Source of the DNA: Porphyridium purpureum
Lineage: Eukaryota
Direction: 5' to 3'
Length of the DNA: 64,000 nucleotides
Assembly (NCBI GenBank): GCA_008690995.1
Contig: VRMN01000002.1
Coordinates: 2,046,001-2,110,000, forward strand
Shown here: positions 41,274-51,929 of the stretch, piece by piece
How the letters are laid out: the number at the start of each line of letters is the position of its first letter
Position numbering within the stretch: the first letter of the stretch is position 1
The notes under the pieces: generated by a model
Databases searched by the model: none
Seen by the model: the letters and a program-made list of their open reading frames with translations, nothing else
What the model was told of the DNA's origin: nothing
Position numbers and translations under genes: made by a program

Positions 41274-42869
41274 CGCACGTCCTCACCTCTCACCACATGC
41301 CCTCCTCCTTCCTGTCCGCTCCTGCCTGCCGCGTGACGAGCGTTGAAACATCAGTCGCACTGTACACCCCAAAAGGTAAGAACGTCACGAAAACGCCCAA
41401 CGGCCATCGCTCATAGCAAAAAGAGCCTGTTTTACTAAGAAGCGACAACTTTTGTCCCGCAGGTTCAGTGCCATTTTTTATGTTAAACACACACTTAATT
41501 AATATCAGAAAATTAATGATTGGCACGTGGGATGGACGGACTGACGGACAGACGGGTAGATGCGTGTGTCTGACAATGCGGCGAGGCAAGGAGGCGTGTT
41601 GATGAGGCAAGTGTCTACGCCGCGCTGAGCAAGCGCAATGAGCGTGCGACACTGGGCACTTGGACCTCGCACTCGGAGCGAGTCGAAAGATTCAACGTGA
41701 GCAAGCTCTGGACAGTGCCTCTTGGTCACCCGTTGCTGAGCACGTTCGTGTTTGTGCCTGCCGGTTCCCGAGCTCGGTTGCGAGTTGAGCACCGCATCAG
41801 CTTGAAAGCACCCGCGTCAAAGTAGATACGGCGTTCAGGATGATTTCGAGCTGCGTCAAACGGAAGAGAGCCATCGTGCGAACAAGGTCGCACGGCAGGT
41901 GTGGAAGCGAGTTGCTTCAGTAGTCCGTGGCTCACGTATCCGTGGACCGTAGCGTCGGAGAAAATAAGAGATGCACAAAGATTGTGCAATCAATGCGACA
42001 GTTGTCGTTAGTATGTGATGCCTTACTGTAACGAAATTTCAAGTACACCATGTGTGTGCTCAGCTATGCGTGCCAACCAGCGGATTGCCGCTGCACGGAA
42101 GAACCGGAACCGCGGCTGCGAAAGGTTCTATTCTTGACGTCCTTCTGTACCGCTGGCCAATACTCTTTCTATGCACGCACTGCGTGTTCTCAGCTTGGAG
42201 CACACTCGGGTTATGTTGTCCACCTTGCATGGTTTCATTTCAAGCCAACACATTTTGTGTCCTGAAATAGGAGTGCGCGCTCCTCGTCGGAGCTTGGTAT
42301 TTCAGATGATATCACGCCCCGCCGCCCCGCGCGGTTGAACTCATCTCGAACGCGCGCATTATCATCATCATCATCACAAACCTGCAGCTACCACGTAGAG
42401 CCACGTTCAACCAAGCAGTGGCGCAACATCTAACCACAGCACTTGTTTGCGAATTGTTCCACCTTCCTCTTTCTAAGGGCCATTGTCGAATATCAGGTCG
42501 GTGCAAGATTACCTACGTACGCGCTTTACGCCGCACATCGGAGCCGCAGCCTACCCGTCTGGGTAAGCGTTCCAGCGAATGGCTCCGCCCTCCGAGAGCT
42601 GAATTGAGTTTGTTGTGGGACGGATCCTTCCACTCGGCGCATTTGCGCGGGCTGCAAACAGAGACAGACATCGAGCTGCTCCGCTTTGGGTCTGATTCTA
42701 CACGCGACGCGCACGGCTGGGAGAGAGGGAGAAGTAGATAGTATACGGCGCAGCGCAAGCAGAACCAGGAACGTCGGATCAACGTCCTGTGTCACTGGCC
42801 TTCACGCCGGGCAGGGCAGTTGTGCCGGGCTGTGAAAGGCCAAGTTGGGCAAGTGGAAGGCAAGTCAGG

Positions 42870-43277
42870 ATGTTGGACGATGGGGCTCAGCGTGACGTGC
42901 GGCTGAGAAAGCTCGCCGTGCGCGCACGACAGAACCCAGGCTTCTACTTTGGGGCACCATTTGTTCTTCTGGTGGTTCTGGGGCACTACGGGCTAACGCA
43001 CATGAAAGGCGGGTACTTTGATGTCCGCCGCGAGCGCGGCGAGATGGAAAAGGCAATCGGTGATGAAATGGACGAGCGACGGCGGCGCTCATTCGTGCCA
43101 GGCGCTGCGGCGGCCGCGGGCCATAGCACCAATGTTCCGAAACACGTTCCGATGCGACGCGGAGTTGCCGACGAAGCGCAAGCGTGGAAATACGACGAGC
43201 AGGTCACTGAAGATTACGCCATGGTACCTGTGCCCTCCAAGCAAGCACAAGAAAAGCGCCCGGCTCGAGCTGAGTAG
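42870..43277 (+). CDS. COX16: Cytochrome c oxidase assembly protein COX16
   Basis: FYFGAPFVLLVVLGHYGLTH TM segment and C-terminal EDYAMVPVP resemble Cox16. Confidence 0.72.
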   Translation: MLDDGAQRDVRLRKLAVRARQNPGFYFGAPFVLLVVLGHYGLTHMKGGYFDVRRERGEMEKAIGDEMDERRRRSFVPGAAAAAGHSTNVPKHVPMRRGVADEAQAWKYDEQVTEDYAMVPVPSKQAQEKRPARAE

Positions 43278-43405
43278 CGCGCACCGCGGCATGTTGCGTA
43301 TTCAGTGACTTTGCCCCCTCGGGGAGCCGAGCCCGTGTTTTCTTTCTGAGCGACGAGCGAGCAGCGATGCTTGACTTTGAGCCAAGGGGGAAAGATCGTT
43401 GAAGC

Positions 43406-44542
43406 ATGGAAAAAGGCGCACCGTCAGGACCAAATGTACCGCACCATGCGTCGAGTACGGCATCAGGAAGCGTGCGCATGCAGCCAGCGATGCATGATAC
43501 GCTCACGAATGCGTTGGCGTCGCGCAGTGCGCAGTCGCACGGGCGTTACGAGCTGGCAATGTGGGAGATTCAGCAAGCAACGCTGGCGCACCGTTCGGGG
43601 ACAGGAAAGAACGAGACGGGACCAGAACGGAAAGCCCCGCAAAGTGCACTTGTCCGGTCACTGCGACGTGCCCGGCGACGCGCGCGTGGCGAGCATGGCG
43701 AGCACGGCGATATGGATCATGATGGAGAACTGCAACGGACACGTGCGCATCTCGAACGGGAACAACAAGGTCACGAGCTAGGAGTAGCCGATCGTGGAGG
43801 AGACGGGCCTGGGGTTGTGGGGGAACCGGCGCATCCTACGCCAACGTACCGCACTTCTCACAGGCAAGAGCAATCGCGGGACCGACTGGGCATTTTCGCT
43901 GCCGGCAAACGCAGCAAGGGCGTCAAGTGCATTGAAGAAGAGGAGGATAAGCAAGCTCTTGAAAAATCGCAAGTATTGAAACAGATACCAGAGGCACATG
44001 CCGCTGCAGGGGCGCCCAGAACTTGTAATTCTGACCCTCGAAACGCACTCAATGCGGACTTGGCAAGATTGCGCACGTCTGGTGATGCATCGGCTGCTCA
44101 AGCTGAAAAGGTGAGAAATCCGCCGATTGCATCCGTACCTGATATAATGTCTGCGCCCATCCGTGTGGCGCAGAAAGACTGTAACCGGGCTGGTCCTGAC
44201 TCGGACCATGGCGGAAGGCGCCGCGCCAATACGATAGAAGGTACAACGAGAGTGACAACCCTTGATGTGCACCACCCGACGGAGACGCCGGGGGTATTCT
44301 TGCCTTTACGGAGCACCGTTCGGCGGGCCGCAACGCAGAATGTACGCCTGGAAGCTTTTCTGCTGGAGCCTGACTATGGACCCCAAGAAAAAAAGCACCC
44401 TGAAAGCCCGGCACGCGAGCGGCCAAAGCACCGGGAAGGTCTATCGCAAGGAATACGCGGAGCAGAGAAGCATGTATCGAAACCGGCCGTCGCAGATCGG
44501 GAAGCTTTCTTGCTCGGTTTAACGTGGGACGACGGAGAATGA
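43406..44542 (+). CDS. Hypothetical hydrophilic, probably disordered protein
   Basis: 378-aa ATG-initiated ORF filling the gap between genes. No recognised motif. Confidence 0.5.
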   Translation: MEKGAPSGPNVPHHASSTASGSVRMQPAMHDTLTNALASRSAQSHGRYELAMWEIQQATLAHRSGTGKNETGPERKAPQSALVRSLRRARRRARGEHGEHGDMDHDGELQRTRAHLEREQQGHELGVADRGGDGPGVVGEPAHPTPTYRTSHRQEQSRDRLGIFAAGKRSKGVKCIEEEEDKQALEKSQVLKQIPEAHAAAGAPRTCNSDPRNALNADLARLRTSGDASAAQAEKVRNPPIASVPDIMSAPIRVAQKDCNRAGPDSDHGGRRRANTIEGTTRVTTLDVHHPTETPGVFLPLRSTVRRAATQNVRLEAFLLEPDYGPQEKKHPESPARERPKHREGLSQGIRGAEKHVSKPAVADREAFLLGLTWDDGE

Positions 44543-44635
44543 ATATTTCGGGAAAAAAATGGAAGAAGCGGAAAAAGAAAGTAAGGAGAAATGAGGAGTC
44601 GGTGCTTTGCTCCACAACGACTCTCCAGCTTTAAT

Positions 44636-45772
44636 CTATCCTTTCATGTACATTTGTAAAAACTTGCCCAGCTTTGAAAACAAGCCACCGCCGCCCTTCT
44701 CGGCGAGCTCGGGATTGGCCGCGTCCAGAAATTCTTCGAGCTCGTCGCTTGACGGACGCGTCTGTTGAGCCGCGATGAGGCGGAATTGCGACTCGACGGT
44801 CGGGTCGTCCTGGTAGACCGCCCATAGCCTTGGGTACGCTCGAATGAGGATCCCCCAAGGCAATGACTTGAGATAAAATGCAGACTCCAGTGTGGAAAGA
44901 AACCGCGAGCGCAGCTGGCGCGCAGCGAGCCCGAGGCCAGTCACGCCCATGTCCACGAAGTCTGGGTTGATGATAATCGTGGGCCGCGCCTTGCTTGAAA
45001 ACATTGGCGCGGCCTCATTGACGAAGCGCTCAAGCTGTTCTACTTCGGAGGCTCGCGGTACGGCAATGATAAACGCCTCGTCGTCCTCGGCCGGAAGCAT
45101 GTTCTCGAACCCAACGATGCGCAAGCTCGACATGTCCTGCCCTTCCTTTTCCCAGTCTCTCAGCAAAAGCGCCGCAGCGCCTGAGTCTGGTAGCACCACG
45201 CGAACGATGCGCGCACGCACGGCTGGTTCGGATTCTCCTTCGGCCCCCGACGCCACCTCAAACAGGTTTCCGCCCTTCTGCGAGACGGAGCGTTCGCGAT
45301 TCGCAGACGAGGCAGAAGAGCTCGCGGCCGATCCCGGTTGCGCCTCTGCTGTATTTCCAAAGTCGACCTGGCCTTCTGACAAGAGCTGCGCGGCGGCCTT
45401 GACGAGCGGGATTGAGTTCTTGAGCGCGGTGTATGTCTCATCGCCCACGGTGGTATCCACCTCGACGAGCAGTCGCGTGTAGCCTTGGTCCAGCGCGCGC
45501 TGCACCGCGTCGCGCATCTGCTCCACGGCGGCTTCAAACGACAGGGGCACGGGCGCACAGTCCTGCGCCCGCTGCGGGCTCACCAGCTCTTCCTTTTCCT
45601 GCTGCTCCAGCCCGCTCACCTCCATGCTGACGCGCACACACCTCGCGTGCGCGCGCGCTCGACGCGCGTACACCGCCACTGCCGCATCCTTCCATCCCCC
45701 ACGTACAGCCGCGGCACGAGATCCACAGCGTGCCTCGCCACTGACGTGTCCTGAACCCACCACAAACGCCAT
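44636..45772 (-). CDS. Plastid DUF1995-family protein (LPA3-related)
   Basis: MAFVVG transit peptide, P-x-SFEAAVEQ..AVQRAL..G..RL-x-VE, PDSGAAALL, INPD...G-x-G and LIRAYP-x-x-W-x-VY. Confidence 0.82.
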   Translation of the reverse strand: MAFVVGSGHVSGEARCGSRAAAVRGGWKDAAVAVYARRARAHARCVRVSMEVSGLEQQEKEELVSPQRAQDCAPVPLSFEAAVEQMRDAVQRALDQGYTRLLVEVDTTVGDETYTALKNSIPLVKAAAQLLSEGQVDFGNTAEAQPGSAASSSASSANRERSVSQKGGNLFEVASGAEGESEPAVRARIVRVVLPDSGAAALLLRDWEKEGQDMSSLRIVGFENMLPAEDDEAFIIAVPRASEVEQLERFVNEAAPMFSSKARPTIIINPDFVDMGVTGLGLAARQLRSRFLSTLESAFYLKSLPWGILIRAYPRLWAVYQDDPTVESQFRLIAAQQTRPSSDELEEFLDAANPELAEKGGGGLFSKLGKFLQMYMKG

Positions 45773-45873
45773 CACCACAACCACCACCTCAACCCAAACC
45801 TCCCTCCCTCCCTCCCTCCGTCTCAATCAACCCTCCTTGCTCGTTCTCGGCTCGACGCTAACTCAAAACGCCA

Positions 45874-45930
45874 AAACCCTAAATAACCCTAATATGTACA
45901 GTGACCAAGTACACTTAATATTCACTGTAC
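45874..45930. promoter_or_regulatory. Telo-box-like AAACCCTAA/AACCCTAA plus an inverted GTACAGTG pair in a divergent promoter
   Basis: AAACCCTAA at 45874, AACCCTAA at 45885, GTACAGTG at 45896 and CACTGTAC at 45923. Confidence 0.5.
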
Positions 45931-46035
45931 CTTGTTCGTGCTAGGGTTGAAAAGTTGGGGGCGGGGGGGAGAGGCTAGTGGTGCGGTTGGATTCGGTGGT
46001 GTGCGACGGGAAAGCGCAAGGTTGCTCGCGGGGGA

Positions 46036-46296
46036 ATGGCAGGTCGGATGTGGTATGCGGTGCGCTCCCGCGCGCACGCGGGAATGTTGCGCGGAGTAAC
46101 ATCCGCATCGGGGTTGGCGGGGAACGCGGCGCCGGGCTTGTATGTGGCTGATGTGCTGCGCGCCAGTCCGTCTCGCACGCTGTGTGGCTCGAGTGTTGCA
46201 GCGTGCAAGCACGCGCGTCTTCCATTCGAAAAGCCGCTGTACGAGTTCCGCGGTCTCGACAGAATGAAGGCTAAGAAGCGCACGGAGAAAACGTAA
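46036..46296 (+). CDS. Small basic protein with a mitochondrial presequence-like N-terminus (possibly exon 1 of a spliced gene)
   Basis: Arg/Ala/Ser-rich N-terminus almost free of acidic residues. The stop overlaps a perfect GTAAGT at 46293. Confidence 0.4.
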   Translation: MAGRMWYAVRSRAHAGMLRGVTSASGLAGNAAPGLYVADVLRASPSRTLCGSSVAACKHARLPFEKPLYEFRGLDRMKAKKRTEKT

Positions 46297-46977
46297 GTTC
46301 GAAGCTCGCTGAAAATGGCGCGCACACCCATACATTTGCGAAACGGCGTGCGTCCGATATTTTCTCAGTGGGGGGGACCTGCCTCGTCGTTGAGTTTTTT
46401 CCTTCTTCCTGTTGCTCGATTCAGGCGTCGTTGTTGCGGCAGACACGCTGACTGTACGGTTCCTGTGAACGTTTCTATCTGGATTTGTATTCTGACGTCG
46501 GTTTACAACTCTGGTTTCTTCAAACATACTCATGCGATGACGCGCGTTGGCCCCGTCTCGGCCGATTCTGTCCCTTGTGTCTAATCTTTCGACGTGCCAG
46601 GCTTACGTTTTTTGGAGACTGCGTCATGCTGAGTGGCACAGGGATTCTCGCGCTCAAGTGCTACTATGCCATCATAGATGAAGAAGACGGGAGCATTTGA
46701 TCGACTTGGCTCTGGCTCTGGCTCATGTGGTCTCGTTGAGCGATTCAAGCATCTGCGGCAGGACATCAAATTCGTGGAAATCACAAGAGTGTCGATGCGC
46801 ATGGCTTTTGAAATTGTCTCACTGTCGCAACAGAAGAGGGGGGCGAATTGCCCTGCATTTCTGACAACTATCATTTTTATAACTCGTTTGGTTTCGTTAT
46901 ACTGTGATTTCCTTCTCCGATCGCCATCAACCGCAACGAAAGCCGTCCGAGCGGTATCGCTGGGGCGCGCTGCTCCG

Positions 46978-47232
46978 TTACTTTGCTGCGGCGGCTGCCT
47001 CACCATTTGCGCTCTTCTCGACAGCAGCCGCAGCTGTCTGCGAGTCCTCCGGATCCACGTAGTTCGGGTCGTTCTGATCTATCGCGGCAGGGCCATCCTG
47101 CTGCATGGCGTTCCCCCATGTGCCGCGCCCACCGTCGCCGTCCTTCTTGGCGTCGCCGCGCACGCCCGTGCGCGACACATGCCCTTCCTTGGTCACGGCC
47201 GCCGCCGAGTGCGCCGTGTGCGTCCCCGTCAT
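46978..47232 (-). CDS. 84-aa protein containing only the PDCD4/MA3-protein N-terminal motif
   Basis: SRTGVRGDAKKDGDGGRGTWG...IDQNDPNY resembles the PDCD4 segment SRSGKGRGLPKKGGAGGKGVWG...DVKDPNY. GC3-rich codons. Confidence 0.75.
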   Translation of the reverse strand: MTGTHTAHSAAAVTKEGHVSRTGVRGDAKKDGDGGRGTWGNAMQQDGPAAIDQNDPNYVDPEDSQTAAAAVEKSANGEAAAAAK

Positions 47233-47519
47233 GCCTAACCTTTTTCTCGCGCCTGCTCTCCACACCAGCACAACGTTCCCGATCAAACCTCTGCGTATGT
47301 CTCTCCTGCGCTTGAACCTGTCACGTCCCCAATTACTTTTTCCCATTAAATGAGCGCGCTTTTACAGGAGTCGGCAGATTTTTTCCGCGCTGTCCTGTGC
47401 CGAATAAGGTGCGAGACTGCGACACGGCGCTTGTGCAGCGAGTGCAAGTGACCGACTCCACGCAGTTGCGCGCTTGCAAGCGGTCTCGCGCCGTACCGCG
47501 CGTGCATCTCGCACATCCA

Positions 47520-48815
47520 ATGTCGAATCAGTACAACAGCCAGCGCTGGCGTGGGGGCAGGGGGTCTGGACGTCATGCCAGTCACCATTATGGCAACGGC
47601 GGAGGTGGTGAGGATGGGTACAGAAATGGAGGTGCTGCAATGCACGGCCGCCCCCAGCATGGCGCCGCAAATTCTCATCGAGGGCGCGCACTGGACTCGC
47701 AGGAAATGGTGTATGAGCAAGCGGGAGGAGCCAAGTACGTGTACTATCAGGACCGCACCAAAAAGTGGGCCTTTCAGACGTCCAAGGAAGGCGCGGATCT
47801 TCTGTTGGAACTCGTCAAGGCAAATGAGCCGCTCCTGGCTTGGAACCTGTCCGAAATCGACAAGGTGGAATCATCGTCGCGGCACTCGCGCGAATCGGTG
47901 CTCGAGGAGGGGCGACGGATGTACGCCGATAAAAACTCCATGAAGAACGAAGGCGTGACGTGGTCGATTGATGAATACGGTCATCTCGGTTTGCAGGCGC
48001 AGTACCTGCGCCTCAAATCGTTTCAGCGCTTCACAGAGACATGGACCATGCTGGAGCGCGCACAGGTCGCTGGCGTCTTTGCCGAGCTGGAGCAAAGTGA
48101 CGAAGAAGCAGTGGATCTGTCTGTGCGGCAGCCAGTTCGTGTTGCGAGCATTGGCGGCGGTCCAGCGTTCGAGCTGCTTGCTTTCCAAAAGTTCTTTGCG
48201 CGACACTTTCCTCACATTCAGATCGAGTACCGCAACTTGGATTTGCAACCTGGATGGAAGACTTATTCCGAGATGCTCGGGTTTCCGTTCCGCACTTGGG
48301 ACATCAACGACGCCAATTTGCACGAGGCGTGCGGTTGGCAAGACTGCAGGATCGATTACGTCCTCATCTCGTATGTGCTCATTCACGTCGCCAAGACCCC
48401 GGGCGTGCCACAGCATGAGGCGGTGTGCGAGTCGCTGTGCAATTATATGAAACAGGACGGTGTGCGCGCCATGCTTGTGTGCGAGCGCTCGCCTCGGAAT
48501 CGCTCAATGGACATGATCGAAGCGCGCGGCATTCAGGTGTTGCGGCTCATGAGTCAGCGGGCGGGCGCCGATGAGCGGCAGACTGTATGGCGCCTCCCGC
48601 CGGCAAAACGTGATCCAGAACCTCTGCGCGAGGCAGAAGCGTTCAGAAGCACCTTATTCCCGAATGTGCCGTACGAAGAATACAAGGACAAGGACATGCA
48701 CGGCCAAGGGAAAAGGGGCGGTAACGGTGGCAGTTTTGGCGACGCTTCGCACGGAGGCGGAGGGGTATACGGTACCCATGGTGGGCAGCGAGGGAAATCA
48801 TCGCGCAATTCGTGA
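47520..48815 (+). CDS. Putative SAM-dependent methyltransferase-like protein with Gly/Arg-rich termini
   Basis: RVASIGGGPAFE (motif I-like), NLD, WDIND and DYVLISYV. RGG/GG-rich N- and C-termini. Confidence 0.6.
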   Translation: MSNQYNSQRWRGGRGSGRHASHHYGNGGGGEDGYRNGGAAMHGRPQHGAANSHRGRALDSQEMVYEQAGGAKYVYYQDRTKKWAFQTSKEGADLLLELVKANEPLLAWNLSEIDKVESSSRHSRESVLEEGRRMYADKNSMKNEGVTWSIDEYGHLGLQAQYLRLKSFQRFTETWTMLERAQVAGVFAELEQSDEEAVDLSVRQPVRVASIGGGPAFELLAFQKFFARHFPHIQIEYRNLDLQPGWKTYSEMLGFPFRTWDINDANLHEACGWQDCRIDYVLISYVLIHVAKTPGVPQHEAVCESLCNYMKQDGVRAMLVCERSPRNRSMDMIEARGIQVLRLMSQRAGADERQTVWRLPPAKRDPEPLREAEAFRSTLFPNVPYEEYKDKDMHGQGKRGGNGGSFGDASHGGGGVYGTHGGQRGKSSRNS

Positions 48816-49175
48816 TGCTTTAACTATATCAGTACACTAATCACCATTCAAGCAAAGGTTGTGTGTCTCAAATCAGCGCGAAGGTCCTTCCAGACTTCAC
48901 AGGGCGCACATAGCCCGTGTGCTTGTGGACCAAGCACGCGCTGACCCGGGGCATAACAAAAATAGCGGAACGTGAAGGATTTTTCAGCTTTGCGCCTGCT
49001 GCCACAAACCACTCGCATTGACGCCCAATCTTCTCTCGGCCAAGGTGATAGTCTCTATCTTGTTCTAGTATAGCATTGGAAGACCGACTGCGTTGCAAGT
49101 CTGCCACGAATCGATGTACGACATTTTCTCAAACTTGCGCATCTGATGGCCAGCTCCATGATCACGCGGATGATC

Positions 49176-50282
49176 TCAAATTCCCGCGTCGGTGGTCATG
49201 GTTGGAGGCACCTCTCGAATACTGTGCTGCAAGCGCACAGCAGAGCTCCACATTTGCGTTATTAGATCGTGAGCACCACTTGCAAGCTCGTCCGAGTCGC
49301 GCCACATCTCGCGCCAAATGCACAGAACAGAGCTTAGATCTGCTTGTACAATACGTCGACTGAAGCTCTCAAACACCAATGGCCCAGAGTACCCGACAGC
49401 CGCCAATGCAGCAAAAAGAACGTTCAGATCCATAGCGGCACCCACGCCTGTTCCGAGCTTTCCTCTATGTGAGGCACCCAGATGAATATATCCGAGACGC
49501 CCCGCGTTACTGGCCTGCTGGATTGCCGCGCCAATGTCCATCTCTTCAATGCGCATGTGGTAGATGTCTCCATGCACAAAGACGTTGCTTTGTGCGTCTT
49601 TGCTTGCAGGATCTACCTTGTCGATGAGCTCCAACGCATCGTGGACCGTGTTGACCACATTGGTCTCGTACCGATTGCACGGCTCGATTCCGAGGCGCAT
49701 GCCATTGGCGCGGCACTTTTCGGCAACGCGCTGCAGGACGCAAATGCAGTTCTCCATTCCCTTCTGTGAGCGAGGCTGGGTGTATCGCCCCAGTTTTGAA
49801 TAGACGCATCCAGTTAATGTGTCTGCTCCCAGCTGGGCAGCACGATCGACGGCATTCAGCAGGCGCACTTGTCCGCGATGCACTGTGTCAGCGTCCGATG
49901 ACGAAATATCGTCTTGATCACTCAACCCAAGCGAGCATGACACCTGGAGCCCGGCGCGTTGTGTCATGCTCGCGAGCATGTCAAACTGCATGTTGGCATT
50001 GTCCATGAGAGGCACCTCCAGAAGATCGTACCCAGTGCGCTGCGCGCCGCTTACGGCTGCGTCGCAGCCCGCGCGGCCGGAGAAGTCGCCCGCGAAAACG
50101 AGCGCGTGCACGCCGATCGGATTCCTAGGGACATCCACCGCGCGAGACACAACCAGCTCCTGCTCGTGCGCGGGACGCGAGACTAGACAGTGACGTCGCC
50201 TTGACGCATGCGACCGCTGCACGGGCCTCGGCTCGTGCGCGCGAGCTGGCGGACTGGCCAGTGCAAAACCTACGGCACCCAT
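49176..50282 (-). CDS. Ketose 3-epimerase (D-psicose/D-tagatose/L-ribulose 3-epimerase family), putative transit peptide
   Basis: GVHALVF, GYDLLEVP, IEPCNRYETNVVNT, HGDIYHMRIEE, YIHLGASHRGKLGTG and LVFESFS. Metal ligands E/D/H/E are retained. Confidence 0.9.
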   Translation of the reverse strand: MGAVGFALASPPARAHEPRPVQRSHASRRRHCLVSRPAHEQELVVSRAVDVPRNPIGVHALVFAGDFSGRAGCDAAVSGAQRTGYDLLEVPLMDNANMQFDMLASMTQRAGLQVSCSLGLSDQDDISSSDADTVHRGQVRLLNAVDRAAQLGADTLTGCVYSKLGRYTQPRSQKGMENCICVLQRVAEKCRANGMRLGIEPCNRYETNVVNTVHDALELIDKVDPASKDAQSNVFVHGDIYHMRIEEMDIGAAIQQASNAGRLGYIHLGASHRGKLGTGVGAAMDLNVLFAALAAVGYSGPLVFESFSRRIVQADLSSVLCIWREMWRDSDELASGAHDLITQMWSSAVRLQHSIREVPPTMTTDAGI

Positions 50283-51929
50283 TTGATCTGAAACCCGTCA
50301 TCCGTCGCCTTCAGGCTTCAGCAGATAGTTTCATCCAAGTGTCATCAAAGTGACCTCCAGGTCGGAAGCAAGTCAAAGGTAAGTGTGCGACACAACATTA
50401 TATATATATTCAGACACGAAAGTATTCAGCACGGACATTCCCGCGTCAAATGCAACTTTCAAACGATCCCGCGCTTCTAGACCCCGCAGCAAAACGGTAC
50501 GACACGCTCGAGAGCTTGCAGGTAGGTCTGTATGTGCGTGCACCACAGAATCCTGCCGTCTAAAGAAGAGATATAGAGAGTTTTCATCTCGCTTGCGCAT
50601 AAAAACTCGACCGCAGCCTTGACGCAAGCAGGCGCGGTCTTGCTTTCAAGCGAGGTCGCTAGGTCTAAGCGGATGAGTAGAGCACTGATGTCTTGTTCCG
50701 TGAGCTACACCCAATGCACGTTTTGTTCACCAAGATCCAAGTGTGCACCGACGTCTAGATTAATCACCACAAAACCAGCATTACGATCGATCGGTCTAGG
50801 GAAATGCGGATGCGCTCCGAATCTCCCGAAATCAATGCGCCTTCGCGGATGTCCTTGTTAGTGCATTTGCTCTGCTCAAACGCCGCCACGGAGACCTGCG
50901 GATTTGGAAGACCGTAGACCAGCGAAAATTCCTGCTCGCCTGAAACCTTCGCTGGGACAAGTTTGAAAATGAGTAGATTAGCCTTTGCTTCCCCCAAATC
51001 ACTGTATCAGGCCGAGTAGAACTGGCGAATCCCGGCATCATACGCTAGCGTGGTGGGTGTCAATGGGATTCAAGCGGCGCGTCGGACCGTGGTGACCGAC
51101 TCAGCCTAGTTACAACAGCTAAATGTAAACTTGGGCACGGTCGCGTAAGCTTTCATGCTAGCCACGAGTGCGATCCTCGTAAAGTCGGTGCCGGCAGCAA
51201 CAGACCGAAACGATTTGTCGTCTACGGAATCTGCTTTGGCACAATTAGAGCCAATGTTGCCTGCCTACTGCGCACACGAGCGCGTTTCCACTCCTGTGAC
51301 ATCTTAAACGAGAGCCAACACCGATATGACAGTTGTCGTTTTTGCACCGCTTTGCGGCTCCCTTCGCTTCGTCCGATCGATGACACGCGCGACACGAAAT
51401 CTGCGTCACTGTCGCCGCCCTTGCTGTGCGATTTTTCGCGCTTGGGCAAAGTGCTCGCGACCACTGCTCGGGTCCAATGGGCGCTTTGCCGTCTCAAAAC
51501 ACTTTGAAGCCTGCTGTGTTGGTCACATTGGATGACACAGGCAGCGTTCATCTGCCGTCAGGTTTTAGCCGCATGACGCCCTACCGGCTCCGAAAAGTGC
51601 TCTTTGGTCTTGTCTAGCTCGCCAAGCGCAAAACGGGCCTCGTGAAGCCCGCTGTGGGACCGCAGAGCGCCCCCGCTGCGAACTTGGGGTATATTGCTTC
51701 GCATGCCGTAGGTCCATTGCAGAACGAGACCTTTCCCGGTTGGTCGAGATCCTTAAGGGGAGAAGGAGAATTCGAAGAGAACGAAGAGAGACTGCGTGCG
51801 CAATTGAAACACCAAAAAATACGAGCGGTCTCACGGAATATCACGAGACACAATCTTTACTAGACAGACCGTGGACCGGCGGCAGCCTCGCGGCGAACGC
51901 TGCAGCCGCACGGAGACGCATACCTCATA

